This document shows positions 19,940 to 31,125 of a stretch of 64,000 nucleotides of DNA, in pieces (positions within the stretch are counted from its first letter, which is position 1; the number at the start of each line of letters is the position of its first letter). The notes below the pieces were generated by a model. It was not told where the DNA came from and ran no database searches. It saw only the letters and a program-made list of their open reading frames with translations. The translations under genes and the position numbers were made by a program. This stretch comes from Nostoc sp. DedSLP01 (lineage in GTDB: Bacteria; Cyanobacteriota; Cyanobacteriia; Cyanobacteriales; Nostocaceae): assembly GCA_034530875.2 (NCBI GenBank), contig JAVRCJ020000014.1:32001-96000 (forward strand), read 5' to 3'.

Positions 19940-21640
19940 ATGGCACTGCCTCTTGTGTCTGTTCCCATGAAGAAAAATAAGAAGCCGTCTTTGGTACTGG
20001 CGCTTTCGGCTGCTGGATTATTAATTGGTGGAGGAAGTGCAGCATATTGGTTGCTAACCCAAAGACAACCATCTTGGGATGATTTGCTAGTAGGTGCAAA
20101 TATTATTCCTGGCGATGCTCTATTTGCAGTTTCTTTAACAACAGATCCCCAGCAATGGCAGAAATTACGGGAGTTTGGAACTAAAGAAACGCAAGCAGAA
20201 CTAGATAAAAATTTAGTCCAGTTGCGCGATCGCTTTCTCACTAATAATGGTTACGACTTCCAAAAAGATATTGCTCCTTGGGTAGGCAATAACGTTACAA
20301 TTGCGATTCTCGCGCCCAAAACAGCGAGTAAATCTGTACCCAAACCAGTTACCACCGATGAAAATGTTGCTGTCGAACAGCAGTCGATGGTAATGGTATT
20401 GCCAGTTAAAAATCCAGAAATAGCCAAAAGCGTCTTCGCACAACCCAAAGCCCTCAAAGAAGGAAAATGGGTTGAGCGCACTTATCAAGGAATTGCTATC
20501 AAACAAAATCAGGGACAAACAGGAGAAAACTTTTCCGCAGCATTGCTAGATGGGCGTTTCTTAGTGATAACTGATAGTCCCAAAGCCACAGAACGAGCTA
20601 TTGATGCCTACAAAAATCAAACATCCCTAGCCACAACAGGGGGTTTTGCGGAAAATTTCCCGAAAATTGCCAACAAACAGCCCTTTGCCCAGTTTTACGT
20701 CAATGTACCAACAGCAGCTAAGATAGCCGCTGCTTCTCCCAACCGTCCCTTACCTGCTCAAGTTTTAGCTCAACTGCAAAATAATCAAGGTTTAGCGGCA
20801 TCAATGACGTTGGAACCGGAAGGAATCGGCTTAAAAGGCGTTTCTTGGCTCAATCCTAATAGTCAACGCGTGCTAGCGGTAGAAAACAAGGCCGGGAAAA
20901 TGCCAAGCCGCGTACCAGCAGAAACCTTAATGATGATTTCTGGCGGTAACTTGTACCGATGGTGGGGAGACTATGTTTTAACATCTCAGGGAAATCCCCT
21001 CTCGCCGATCGCACCAGAACAACTACGAGGTGGTGTAAAATCTCTTACCGACCTGGATTTAGATAAAGACTTACTCAGTTGGATGAAAGGTGAGTTTTCC
21101 TTATCACTGATTCCTAATACGCCAAAACAAGATTCACCAGATAATTTTCGTGCGGGTTTACTGTTCATGGTACAGACAAGCGATCGCAAATTAGCTGAAG
21201 AATCCATCAGCCAGCTTGATGAAGTGATGGCAAATCAATACCAGTACCAAGTCCAACTGGCGAAAGTCGCAGGTAAACCTGTTGTTAATTGGGTATCACC
21301 TTATGGCACTTTAGCCGCCACCCACGGCTGGTTAGATGGAGATGTCGCTTTCTTGGTAGTGGGCGCTCCCATCACTGATAAAATCCTTCCCAAACCCAAC
21401 ACTACACTAGCTACTACTCTGCCCTTCCTACAAACAGTGCCTACAGAACTCAATCCCACAAATGGTCAATTTTTCTTGGATGTGGAACGAACTGTGAAAA
21501 ACTTTCCCTTACCAACTCTGATCCCCAATCAACAAATTTTACTAGGTGCAACCCGTTCAATTGGGATGACATCTGCTGTCAGCGACAATCGTAGTCATCG
21601 TTACGACATTTTTATAGCACTCAAAAAAGTGAGTAGATAG
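19940..21640 (+). CDS. DUF3352 family membrane-anchored protein
   Basis: N-terminal TM; YDFQKDIAPWVG, DLDKDLLSWMKGEF. Confidence 0.75.
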   Translation: MALPLVSVPMKKNKKPSLVLALSAAGLLIGGGSAAYWLLTQRQPSWDDLLVGANIIPGDALFAVSLTTDPQQWQKLREFGTKETQAELDKNLVQLRDRFLTNNGYDFQKDIAPWVGNNVTIAILAPKTASKSVPKPVTTDENVAVEQQSMVMVLPVKNPEIAKSVFAQPKALKEGKWVERTYQGIAIKQNQGQTGENFSAALLDGRFLVITDSPKATERAIDAYKNQTSLATTGGFAENFPKIANKQPFAQFYVNVPTAAKIAAASPNRPLPAQVLAQLQNNQGLAASMTLEPEGIGLKGVSWLNPNSQRVLAVENKAGKMPSRVPAETLMMISGGNLYRWWGDYVLTSQGNPLSPIAPEQLRGGVKSLTDLDLDKDLLSWMKGEFSLSLIPNTPKQDSPDNFRAGLLFMVQTSDRKLAEESISQLDEVMANQYQYQVQLAKVAGKPVVNWVSPYGTLAATHGWLDGDVAFLVVGAPITDKILPKPNTTLATTLPFLQTVPTELNPTNGQFFLDVERTVKNFPLPTLIPNQQILLGATRSIGMTSAVSDNRSHRYDIFIALKKVSR

Positions 21641-21658
21641 GGGAATGTGGGGTGGCGG

Positions 21659-21777
21659 ATACCAATTCAAAATGACGCTCGTAGACTCGCTAACGCTGCG
21701 CTAACAAAATTAAGAAATCCATGTTTGGCAGCGGTTTCTGAATTGGGATCTGTTTCAAAATTTTAGTGAATTGGTAT
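21659..21777. repeat. MITE-like element with ATACCAATTCA...TGAATTGGTAT ends and an internal SDR-like unit
   Basis: 11-bp inverted ends read directly. Confidence 0.6.
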
Positions 21778-21879
21778 GACAGGTACAGGTTTTTTACAAG
21801 AACGCTTCTCTGCTACCCTGCCTCAAGAACTTACACAACGATGGGATATTTTTAGTTACAAGTCCCTTATGTTCAAACT

Positions 21880-22701
21880 TCAATGAGACGAACGAAATAG
21901 ATGACTATGTTCGGGATGATATAAACGCGATCGCCCTGTTGCTGAAGAGAGTGCGGGGCTGATTATATAAAGTGTGGTGCGAATTAGTTTTTCTTGATGA
22001 GTACAATCTGCCATTTGATTGAGAGGCACAACCCTAATTTTTTCATCCGGCCATCCGATGCGGAAGCAGATTGCTACTGGCGTTGTGGCTGGGTAATGTT
22101 CGAGTAATTTGGCTTGGGCATTTTCGATATGACGCGCACTTAAGTATAAGCAAAGGCTAGCCTGATGTGCTGCTAAAGAAGCTAACTCTTCGCGGGCGGG
22201 GACTTCTGTACGTCCGCGGATGCGTGTCAGGATGATGGTTTGGACTAAACCAGGTACAGTCAATTCTGTCTTGAGTTTGGCAGCAGCAGCTTGAAAAGCG
22301 CTGATACCGGGTATGACTTCAAAAGGAATATTTGCCTCTGCTAACAGGTGCATTTGTTCGTGGATAGCGCTATAGAGACTGGGATCGCCCGAATGCAGAC
22401 GGACTAGAGATTTGTGTTGCGATCGCACCTTTTCTACCATAATCGCCAAAATCTCTTCTAAAGTTTGATTTGCGGTTCTAATTATCTCGGCATCTCTTCG
22501 GCAAACTTCTAAAATCTGTTCTGGAATTAAAGAATCAGCAAATAAAATCACATCAGCGACGGCTAATAATTTCTGCGCCTTCACCGTTAATAGATCGGGA
22601 TCTCCGGGGCCTGCTCCGACAATATACACAGATGCTTCGATAGGATATAGCGGTTTTTTATTACTCAAATTTTCTGTATTTTCACTTAAAAAAGCACCCA
22701 C
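21880..22701 (-). CDS. cobM: Precorrin-4 C11-methyltransferase
   Basis: VYIVGAGPGDPDLLTVK, RLHSGDPSLYSA, IPGISAFQAAAA; exact start uncertain. Confidence 0.92.
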   Translation of the reverse strand: MGAFLSENTENLSNKKPLYPIEASVYIVGAGPGDPDLLTVKAQKLLAVADVILFADSLIPEQILEVCRRDAEIIRTANQTLEEILAIMVEKVRSQHKSLVRLHSGDPSLYSAIHEQMHLLAEANIPFEVIPGISAFQAAAAKLKTELTVPGLVQTIILTRIRGRTEVPAREELASLAAHQASLCLYLSARHIENAQAKLLEHYPATTPVAICFRIGWPDEKIRVVPLNQMADCTHQEKLIRTTLYIISPALSSATGRSRLYHPEHSHLFRSSH

Positions 22702-22738
22702 AGCAAACCCTCAAAAAATTTTTTTGTTATTTTCTCAG

Positions 22739-22830
22739 TATCTTTCCGGATTTACCCTCTTTCCTTAGTAGAGAGTAATGGTAGATGCACCCTGGTTAAG
22801 CCCTAGAGAAAACTCTGGGGCATTTTTTAT
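22739..22830 (+). ncRNA. Candidate small RNA between cobM and lgt
   Basis: TGnTATTTT extended -10 at 22725-22733, an internal hairpin and a + strand intrinsic terminator, with no + strand gene upstream. Confidence 0.35.
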
Positions 22831-22833
22831 TTT
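22800..22833 (+). terminator. Rho-independent terminator
   Basis: GCCCTAGAG-AAAA-CTCTGGGGC stem followed by ATTTTTTATTTTT. Confidence 0.65.
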
Positions 22834-22925
22834 TGGGCATTGGGCATAAAGCATAGGAAACGAGAAAGATTAAATTTATTCATTTTCCCTTTTCCCTTTA
22901 ACCTTTTCCCCTGTCTCCTCTGCCC

Positions 22926-23801
22926 TCAGCTCCTCAGTTCCCCATCTCTATTAGAAGTAGGAATTACATCAGGCAAAGGACGTTTGAGTAAGTAAAGCCA
23001 AGCTAACCCAAATAATCCGAATAAAATTCCCAGACAACTTACGACTTGTGCCATCTTTAAAGGCCCCAGCATCAAGCTATCAGTGCGAAACCCTTCAATC
23101 CACAGGCGTCCTAAGCTGTAGGCTGGCCAGTAAACTAGAAACAGCGTGCCTACTTTTAGGCGTGGCTTGCCAGATAAAGACCGGAAAAACAAAGTTATTA
23201 GCAGCGCAAACACCATTAAATCCCACAGAGATTCGTAGAGGAAGGTGGGATGGAAGTAATCAAAATTAACATACTCTAGAGGACGACGTTCTGGTGGAAT
23301 ATATAGCTTCCAAGGTAAATCGGTAGGGTCGCCAAAAGCTTCCGAGTTGAAAAAATTGCCCCAACGGCCGATCGCTTGTCCTAAAATCAGCGAAGGCGCT
23401 ACTAAATCGGCCAGTTGCCAGAAAGAAACCTGCTTGACTTTGGCAAAAATTAATGCTGCCAAAACCCCACCAATAATTGCTCCGTGAATGGCAATACCTC
23501 CCTCCCAGATCGCAAAGATTTTTTCTGGAGTTGAGGCATATTTTGACCATTCAAAGAAAACGTAATATAGCCGTGCGCCAGGAATTGCACCAATTAACAA
23601 CCAAAAGAACAAATCGCTTAGCAACTCCGGATTCACGTGACGGCGCTTTGCCAAATATTGGGAAAGGGTGACGCCGATTAAAACTGCTGTGGCAATTAAC
23701 AAGCCATACCAGCGGATAGTCAATGGCCCTATTCTCACCAGAATCGGTCCTGGAGAAGTAAATTGAAACGCCAAGGGCAAGGTGGAAAAATCCAGTGCCA
23801 T
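22926..23801 (-). CDS. lgt: Prolipoprotein diacylglyceryl transferase
   Basis: [43 protein letters not shown]. Confidence 0.97.
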   Translation of the reverse strand: MALDFSTLPLAFQFTSPGPILVRIGPLTIRWYGLLIATAVLIGVTLSQYLAKRRHVNPELLSDLFFWLLIGAIPGARLYYVFFEWSKYASTPEKIFAIWEGGIAIHGAIIGGVLAALIFAKVKQVSFWQLADLVAPSLILGQAIGRWGNFFNSEAFGDPTDLPWKLYIPPERRPLEYVNFDYFHPTFLYESLWDLMVFALLITLFFRSLSGKPRLKVGTLFLVYWPAYSLGRLWIEGFRTDSLMLGPLKMAQVVSCLGILFGLFGLAWLYLLKRPLPDVIPTSNRDGELRS

Positions 23802-24202
23802 GAAAAATTACCTAGAAGAGTTCGTTAACTACCCGCGCACTTTACTAAGTACGGAGTTTCTGACGTCTGGAATACCAGATCGACCTTGAATCCTTTACAA
23901 CATTAAACTTCTTGTAGAAGTGGGTAAAGGGTAAAGGACTAAGAAAAAACCTTTTCCCTTTAACATGCATCCCTTTTGTGCATCTTGCAAAAATAGTTTT
24001 GCAAGATATTTATTGTGAAGGCATAGGTAGAAATCCAGAATCCATATTTAGCAGTCTAGTTCCTAACGCTTAGTTGAGCATAACTTGTACCACTAGAACA
24101 ATTGGCTTTAGCATTCTTACTCAGGGTGCAAGATGATAAATTTGAGTAAGTTACACAAAACAGTTTCAATATAAACACTTAAATTAAGTTTGATATATCA
24201 TT

Positions 24203-24754
24203 GTGATTGCGATTTATCCTGGCAGCTTTGACCCCATTACCTTGGGACATCTTGACCTCATCCAGCGTGGCAGTCGGCTATTTGAACGGGTAATTGTCGC
24301 AGTACTGCGGAACCCTAATAAAACACCACTTTTTAGCGTTCAGCAACGGTTAGATCAAATCCGTCTTTCTACAGAACATCTACCTAATGTAGAAGTAGAC
24401 AGCTTTGATGGTCTGACCGTTAATTATGCCCAGATGCGAAATGCACAAGTTTTGCTACGGGGCTTACGGGCTGTGTCAGATTTTGAAGTGGAACTGCAAA
24501 TGGCTCACACAAACAAAACTCTTTCTACCCAAATAGAAACAGTTTTTCTCGCAACCTCAAATGAGTATAGTTTTTTAAGTAGTAGTGTGGTAAAAGAGAT
24601 TGCAAGGTTTGGTGGCTCTATCGATCATCTCGTCCCCCCACACATTGCCCTAGATATATACCAATGCTACAATCACAAATCTCCAATGTTGAACCCAATC
24701 TCAACGGAAGCAACCCTCCCCCTCAAGAGTATGTCGGCGGAGAGGGAAGCATAG
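24203..24754 (+). CDS. coaD: Phosphopantetheine adenylyltransferase
   Basis: [34 protein letters not shown]. Confidence 0.97.
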   Translation: MIAIYPGSFDPITLGHLDLIQRGSRLFERVIVAVLRNPNKTPLFSVQQRLDQIRLSTEHLPNVEVDSFDGLTVNYAQMRNAQVLLRGLRAVSDFEVELQMAHTNKTLSTQIETVFLATSNEYSFLSSSVVKEIARFGGSIDHLVPPHIALDIYQCYNHKSPMLNPISTEATLPLKSMSAEREA

Positions 24755-25332
24755 ATATTCAGGAAGAACTCAACCGCCTAGAGGAAATGGTTCTCTCTAG
24801 TCTGAGAATTCCCCTGACGGGACGCACTCTCATCGATGAAGAAAAGCTACTAGATCAGCTTGATTACATCCGCGTTGCTTTGCCAGCACTTTTTCAAGAA
24901 GCAGCAGTAGTTCTCGAACAAAAGGAGGAAATTCTTCTAGAAGCAGAAGAATACGGACAGCAAATAGTTGAAGCCGCCCAAGCGAAAAAAGCGCAAATTT
25001 TAGCTGAAAGCGAGATTATTCAACAGGCACAACAAGAAGCCGAACTAATGCGGCGAAAAGTGCAACAAGAGTGCGATGCAATCATGCAAGAAACCCTCGC
25101 TGAAATTGAACGTAAGCGGTATGCTTGTCAGCAAGAGTTAGAACAAATGCGACAAACTGCGATCGCTCACGCTCAAGAAATTGAAGATGGTGCTGATGCT
25201 TATGCTGATGGCGTCCTAGAAAATATCGAGCACGATCTCAAAGAAATGTTGCGAATTATCACCAACGGACGGCAACAACTCCAAGTTGATAACATGACGC
25301 AACGTAATTCACGTCATGGTCATAAGAGATAG
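24664..25332 (+). CDS. cdv3: DivIVA-like coiled-coil cell division protein (Cdv3 type)
   Basis: [29 protein letters not shown] plus coiled coil; directly downstream of coaD. Confidence 0.75.
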   Translation: MLQSQISNVEPNLNGSNPPPQEYVGGEGSIDIQEELNRLEEMVLSSLRIPLTGRTLIDEEKLLDQLDYIRVALPALFQEAAVVLEQKEEILLEAEEYGQQIVEAAQAKKAQILAESEIIQQAQQEAELMRRKVQQECDAIMQETLAEIERKRYACQQELEQMRQTAIAHAQEIEDGADAYADGVLENIEHDLKEMLRIITNGRQQLQVDNMTQRNSRHGHKR

Positions 25333-25723
25333 AGGTTCTGGCAAAATGAGCAAGAATTCTCGGTTGGGTTTGGCGATCGCTTAACCCAACAATTCTTATC
25401 AAAGAAATCTTTGAAATTCCATATACTTTAGTAAAATAGGGACTAAATTAACTGAAACTTTGAAATAGATAAATAGCCTATAGAATAAGACTTTTTTCTC
25501 TGAATCAGGCAAGATTCAGCTACTAACAAATTTAAAATTTTACCTTGTAATTAAACAGGATTATTAATAAATACGGTTAAATTGTAAGAGTATATCTGAC
25601 AAATTTTATTTTAGAATAGCCAAGTTGTGACACTCTGACACGACGATAAGGAGAATGAGGGAGTGAGGCAGTGAGGGAGAATAATTAATAACCAATGCCC
25701 TATGCCCCATTCCCCATTTTTAA

Positions 25724-26329
25724 TTATTTTTGAGATGAGGAAGATGAACCGCCACTTTCTCTCGGGTAGGGAGAATCAACAAAACCCAATTCAAACAATT
25801 GTTTATAAGCTTTCTTACCTAAATCCCGTGTTGGGTTTTGACTCTTAATGATTTGAATCAATAATGGCACTGCTAATTCTGGCTGATTTTGTGCCCGATG
25901 TACCAACGCGAGTTGAAAGGTCGCTTCATCTCGTTTTTGGGCTGTTAATAAAGCTTTTTGACGCTGAGAATCAGAAACTCTATTGTCAATTCCTGAAAAA
26001 CTAGCGTTTAAATCTTGATAAAAATTAGATAGCTGATTGAAAACTTGACGCGCTTCTTGGAGTTTCTTGGCAGCTAAGGTGTAATTTTGAGCAGAAACGG
26101 CTTGTTCTGCATCTTTCATTAAGCGATCGCCCCCTTCAATGCTCAAAAGGCTGTTATTTTGAGTTACCGGACGGAGGTTATTCGGATTGTTGGGATCGAT
26201 GGGTTGTGCTTGGCTGGTAGTGTCTGGTGACTGCAATACCTGAGCATTGACAGGTGAGAGCAAGCTAAGGACTGCTAAGACTGATAAAAAAGCACGGTGC
26301 ATCAAGGTAACAGCGGCAGCAGTGTTCAT
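25724..26329 (-). CDS. Exported helical (TPR-like) hypothetical protein
   Basis: Signal peptide; helical pattern; long ORF. Confidence 0.7.
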   Translation of the reverse strand: MNTAAAVTLMHRAFLSVLAVLSLLSPVNAQVLQSPDTTSQAQPIDPNNPNNLRPVTQNNSLLSIEGGDRLMKDAEQAVSAQNYTLAAKKLQEARQVFNQLSNFYQDLNASFSGIDNRVSDSQRQKALLTAQKRDEATFQLALVHRAQNQPELAVPLLIQIIKSQNPTRDLGKKAYKQLFELGFVDSPYPRESGGSSSSSQK

Positions 26330-26632
26330 GGGGTCAATTTAGTGCAACAACTATATAGAAAAGTTATGGATACTTCGGGTATCTTAACTCTGTTTTGGTT
26401 TTGGTCAAAGCAAAACCACATAACTAAGTTTCTCAGATTTAGACTAAAAATTACTCGGATAGAGTTCCCATTGCCGCTGTATAATTGCGATCGCACACTA
26501 ATTGTGTGTTTTGTAGTCAGAAATTACTTATTTGCCCAAAAACTCCCAGTTTGACAGAACACTCTCTCAATAGAGGCAAATATTATAGATATACATCCTC
26601 AAAAGTTTGCAAAATATCATTAATTTTTTTTT

Positions 26633-26743
26633 GGCGTTACTGAATTGCAGCATGAATACATACGTAGAGACGTTGCATTGCAACGTCTCTACAAGGATTT
26701 TGATATTACGCACAATCGTTTTCATACATCAAATCAGCAACGC
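26633..26743. repeat. MITE-like element (GGCGTTACTGA...TCAGCAACGC) enclosing a GTAG-type REP palindrome
   Basis: Internal GTAGAGACGTTGCA-T-TGCAACGTCTCTAC hairpin at 26664-26692. Confidence 0.75.
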
Positions 26744-26840
26744 GATTTTTTTGGTAGCTGATGCAAGCTAAATATAACAGTTAGTAATTAGTACCAAAGC
26801 TTGAAACTATCTATTGCTTAGTTCTAAAATTTTTCTGTCA

Positions 26841-27623
26841 TTAGCTGTTTTGATACTCTTGACGAGATCGGGAATTGGTAATTTCTGCAAATGTATGATT
26901 GGTAATCTCTGTTTCTTGATGAGTTAATTGTTGCAGCGCTTTTGCTAAATCAGCTGTCAGACTTTTAGCATCTTGTTTGATACAGCCACACATATAATCC
27001 TTAACTTTTATGGGAGAACCAATGTGAATGCTCACATCCGTACCCCAACTAGGATATGGTTGGCCGTAATTAATGCTTATAGGTACAATTTTTACTCCTA
27101 GTTCGCGATCGCTAGATTCAGCACTCAATGCCAAACGTGCAATTCCTGACTTCAAAGGAGCTTGATTGTGACGGTAAATATTACCTTCTGGAAAAATCAC
27201 TACGGCTTTTCGCTGTTTGAGCAGCTCGACTCCATGTCGTAGAGTGCGAATTGATGGGTGTCGAGTATTTACAGGAAAACCCCCCAAACGTCGCACAAAC
27301 CAGCCTTGCAGTCCTTGGCATTCGTCACTAGTGACCATAAACCGCAGGTCTTTCGCTGTTATACAATCAGCAACGGCGTAGGGTACAAGCAGTGCATCCC
27401 AACGCGCTCTATGGGTAGGAGCGAAGATAACAGGCCCGGTTGTGGGGATATTTTTTTGTCCGGTTATTCTAATTCGCCCAAAGAAGAATGGTAGTAGGCA
27501 GTGACGACCCAATAAATACGCTAAAGGACTTAACCAGGGAGAAACCCTTGAGGTAGCATCATCTGTTTGAGTATTTACTGGTGTCTGTTGGCAAGTATCA
27601 AATAAAGAGTAAAATTCCATCAT
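26841..27623 (-). CDS. plsC: 1-acyl-sn-glycerol-3-phosphate acyltransferase family protein
   Basis: PTHRARWD (HX4D), IFPEG, IVPISINY. Confidence 0.85.
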   Translation of the reverse strand: MMEFYSLFDTCQQTPVNTQTDDATSRVSPWLSPLAYLLGRHCLLPFFFGRIRITGQKNIPTTGPVIFAPTHRARWDALLVPYAVADCITAKDLRFMVTSDECQGLQGWFVRRLGGFPVNTRHPSIRTLRHGVELLKQRKAVVIFPEGNIYRHNQAPLKSGIARLALSAESSDRELGVKIVPISINYGQPYPSWGTDVSIHIGSPIKVKDYMCGCIKQDAKSLTADLAKALQQLTHQETEITNHTFAEITNSRSRQEYQNS

Positions 27624-27735
27624 GATGGAGACAGCTGAGTGACGGATACAATTTAACGAAAAGCCTGATTAGTTCCACCGTAGATTCTCTTGCGTGGGTT
27701 GTGCCATCTTCGATGGACACTTTTACCTCTGTCTG

Positions 27736-28221
27736 TTATTTTCTCTTAGATCGCTTAGTTGCAAACCAAGCTTGTAATTGTTGGCGACAAGCTGATTCTA
27801 GAATGCCTCCGATTACCTGTAAGCGGTGATTAGAAGCAGCACTATCGGGTATGTTCGTAACTGTACGAACTGCGCCAGTTTTTGTATCGTCCACCCCGTA
27901 TACTAGTAGTCCTAAACGCGCTTGGACGATCGCGCCCGCACACATCGGACAAGGTTCCAAAGTTACGTACAGCGTACAATCATTAAGATGCCAATTTTGT
28001 AAACTCGTGGCAGCTGCCCTCAGAGCCAGAATTTCCGCGTGAGCAGTGGGGTCTCGATCGCGCTCTTTTCTGTTTTCTGCTTCGGCAATTTCATTTCCAC
28101 TTGAATTGATAATAACAGCACCTACAGGAACTTCACCTGCATCACCTGCTGCTTTTGCTAATTCTAGGGCACGACTCATCCATTTTTGATGTATGAGATA
28201 ATCACCATATTTATTAACCAT
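27736..28221 (-). CDS. tadA: tRNA adenosine(34) deaminase
   Basis: GEVPVGAV, HAE, TLEPCPMCAGA; start placed at MVNKY. Confidence 0.93.
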   Translation of the reverse strand: MVNKYGDYLIHQKWMSRALELAKAAGDAGEVPVGAVIINSSGNEIAEAENRKERDRDPTAHAEILALRAAATSLQNWHLNDCTLYVTLEPCPMCAGAIVQARLGLLVYGVDDTKTGAVRTVTNIPDSAASNHRLQVIGGILESACRQQLQAWFATKRSKRK

Positions 28222-28518
28222 CCTGAAGTAATAAAAAAATTTTATAAAAGTTTCACACCCTAATTTTGTCATTAGTCATTATGTCTTTTACCCAATGACC
28301 AATGACTACTTGAAAATAGGGAGTAGGGAATGGGGAATAGGGAAAAAAAATTTTCATTGTTCCTTGTGAGCGCAACTTATGGAGTAAGAGCGCAAAAAGA
28401 GTTTTGCACTCTTGGGGCAAAGGTATGCATGTAAAAGAGAAAGGGTTTTTTCTTATCCCTTTCCCCTTTACCCTTTACCCTTTACCCGACTTCTGCAAGA
28501 AGTCTAATGACTAAGTAA

Positions 28519-28824
28519 CTATTGAGCTAACAGAGGATCGAGCTGACTTTGTGTATCTAGTTGATAAAGATCGTCACAACCACCAATGTGTTGGTTATTG
28601 ATAAAAATTTGTGGTACGGTGCGGCGTCCGTTAGCGCGTTCTGCCATTTTCGCTCTAGCTGCTTCATCGCCGTCGATTTTATATTCGGTAAAGTTTACAC
28701 CTTTCCACCACAGCAGCATCTTCGCTCGAATGCAGTAAGGGCAAGTTTGCCATGTGTAGATTTCGACGTTGGCTTTAACTCGCTCTGGATGACGGTTTAA
28801 AAGAGGATTTAGAAAGTCCAGCAT
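28519..28824 (-). CDS. grxC: Glutaredoxin 3
   Basis: CPYC, TVPQIFI, IGGCDDL. Confidence 0.95.
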   Translation of the reverse strand: MLDFLNPLLNRHPERVKANVEIYTWQTCPYCIRAKMLLWWKGVNFTEYKIDGDEAARAKMAERANGRRTVPQIFINNQHIGGCDDLYQLDTQSQLDPLLAQ

Positions 28825-29002
28825 TTTTAATCTTCAGCAAGATTTTAACTATGTTTCTAGCTTAAATCTTTACTATAGAACTCATATTTGAATTCTGAAA
28901 AAAATCAGTACACCCAAACAAGGCTTCTTTCCTACTCCCCACTCCCTACTCCCTGTCTACGCAAGTAAATTCACAAATCAAACCAGATTCCTATAGCATT
29001 AC

Positions 29003-29575
29003 TTAGCGCATCGGCGCCGGAACCCACTTTTGGAAACCTTCTAAATGATTCCAGTAAGACAAATATCCAGTAAAAGCCCAAATTAAAGCGGCTACTATTA
29101 AGACAGCGACACCAATTAGACGCCAAGTTCTGTTGGTTTTCCAGTAGAGAGTGGGTGCAGCAAATACACCAGCTAACCCTGTGAGAATAAAACCGAGTCC
29201 TGACAAAAACGGTTGTTTTGTCATATTCAAATTGATGATGCGGATACCTATGACGATCGCTACTAAACCAGCAAAAAAACCGTAAACTGCCACTGTGAAT
29301 AAATCCCAACCTACAGCAAGAGCGATCGCTGCTGCAACAAACAAGATGCCAAATAAAACGCTTGTTTCTCCGTAGGCAATGTTAAAACTACCAGTAATCG
29401 GCCAAGTGAAACTCATGTGTAAACCAGTAGTTAAGGCGATCGCACCCACGATTCCAAATCCGGGAATCCACTGTTTTTGATGTGAGCTATCTATCCCACG
29501 ATACACATAATCAGCTAGTATAAATAAACCGGCCACCATGTTAATTAACATGAGTGTGATGTAGTCGATAAACAC
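29003..29575 (-). CDS. DUF981 family membrane protein
   Basis: MFIDYITLML start, TWPITGSFNIAYGE; multiple TM segments. Confidence 0.8.
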   Translation of the reverse strand: MFIDYITLMLINMVAGLFILADYVYRGIDSSHQKQWIPGFGIVGAIALTTGLHMSFTWPITGSFNIAYGETSVLFGILFVAAAIALAVGWDLFTVAVYGFFAGLVAIVIGIRIINLNMTKQPFLSGLGFILTGLAGVFAAPTLYWKTNRTWRLIGVAVLIVAALIWAFTGYLSYWNHLEGFQKWVPAPMR

Positions 29576-29890
29576 GATTCACCTCTTAATGCTTTTTTGG
29601 GTTGATTATGAATTATCTGAGATTACACTGTTACACTTCTAAATATCTAAAAATACCCATAAGCACAGATTAACATTACGACAAGTATTTTAAGTATTTA
29701 TTCTCACCAGTACTAGGGTAAAGCGAAGCTGAGTAGATGTATGAAATTATTGAGAACAGTGTCAATAATTTTCAAGTTGACACTTCGTTAACATTTGTAA
29801 TCGAAATTTGGTAACCGCCCTTTGGTAGACTTAAAGACTGAAATAGCCAGATAAAGTATCGCAAATTCAAGCAGTTGAGAGGGTAGCTCT

Positions 29891-30928
29891 GTGGAAAATA
29901 CACTTGGGTTAGAGATTATTGAGGTAGTAGAGCAAGCGGCGATCGCATCCGCCAAGTGGATGGGTAAAGGCGAAAAGAACACTGCTGACCAGGTAGCAGT
30001 GGAAGCCATGCGGGAACGGATGAACAAAATCTACATGCGGGGTCGCATCGTGATTGGGGAAGGCGAACGCGACGACGCTCCGATGCTTTACATCGGAGAA
30101 GAAGTTGGTATCTGTACCCAACCAAATGCCACAGACTTCTGTAACCCTGATGAACTAATTGAAATTGACATCGCCGTTGACCCGTGTGAAGGTACAAACT
30201 TGGTAGCCTACGGACAACCAGGTTCGATGGCTGTGTTGGCAATTTCAGAAAAGGGCGGATTGTTTGCTGCTCCCGACTTTTACATGAAGAAACTAGCTGC
30301 ACCCCCCGCAGCCAAGGGTAAGGTAGACATCAACAAGTCAGCAACAGAAAACCTCAAGATTCTCTCTGAGTCTCTAGACCGGGCAATTGATGAACTTGTG
30401 GTAGTTGTCATGAAGCGCGATCGCCACAATGATTTAATTAAAGAAATTCGTAACGCTGGAGCGAGAGTACAACTAATTTCCGATGGTGACGTGGGTGCAG
30501 CCTTATCTTGTGGTTTTGCCGGAACTAATATCCACGCCCTCATGGGTATCGGTGCGGCTCCAGAAGGCGTAATCTCCGCAGCAGCAATGCGTGCTTTGGG
30601 CGGACACTTCCAAGGCCAATTGATCTACGATCCAGAAGTAGTGAAAACAGGTCTGATTGGAGAAAGCAAAGAAGCTAACCTCGATCGCTTGAAGTCTATG
30701 GGTATCAATGACCCCGATAAAGTCTACGATGCTCACGAACTCGCATCTGGTGAAACTGTTTTGTTTGCTGCTTGCGGTATCACCTCTGGTAACCTCATCG
30801 AAGGTGTACGCTTCTTCAACGGTGGCGCAAGAACTCAAAGCTTGGTAATTTCTAACCAATCAAAAACTGCTCGGTTTGTTGATACTATCCACATGTTTGG
30901 CGAACCGAAGACCCTCCAACTGGTGTAA
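29891..30928 (+). CDS. glpX: Class II fructose-1,6/sedoheptulose-1,7-bisphosphatase
   Basis: [33 protein letters not shown]. Confidence 0.97.
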   Translation: MENTLGLEIIEVVEQAAIASAKWMGKGEKNTADQVAVEAMRERMNKIYMRGRIVIGEGERDDAPMLYIGEEVGICTQPNATDFCNPDELIEIDIAVDPCEGTNLVAYGQPGSMAVLAISEKGGLFAAPDFYMKKLAAPPAAKGKVDINKSATENLKILSESLDRAIDELVVVVMKRDRHNDLIKEIRNAGARVQLISDGDVGAALSCGFAGTNIHALMGIGAAPEGVISAAAMRALGGHFQGQLIYDPEVVKTGLIGESKEANLDRLKSMGINDPDKVYDAHELASGETVLFAACGITSGNLIEGVRFFNGGARTQSLVISNQSKTARFVDTIHMFGEPKTLQLV

Positions 30929-31125
30929 TTTTTGGGGAATGGGGAATGGTAATACTACGGGCGAAACATTCAAATGCTTCACTCGTTAAGTAGTTAGTAG
31001 TTAGTAGTTAGTAATTAATTTTTGTTTGTTGCTTGGAAAAACTACCAAGCAACAACCTCTAATTCCCCATTCCCTAGTTTCATCCCCTAATTATCAACTA
31101 CCAACTAGTAACTACGATTTAGCAA

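Noticed and set aside
23823..23870. GTTAACTACCCGCGCAC... resembling an IS200/IS605 or HEARO-type 5' end
   Set aside because: Short, imperfect hairpin with no tnpB/iscB remnant; cannot be supported without a covariance-model search
24664..24754. 91-bp coaD/cdv3 overlap as an anomaly
   Set aside because: The cdv3 start is uncertain and the coaD tail is outside the catalytic domain; the pairing is ordinary synteny
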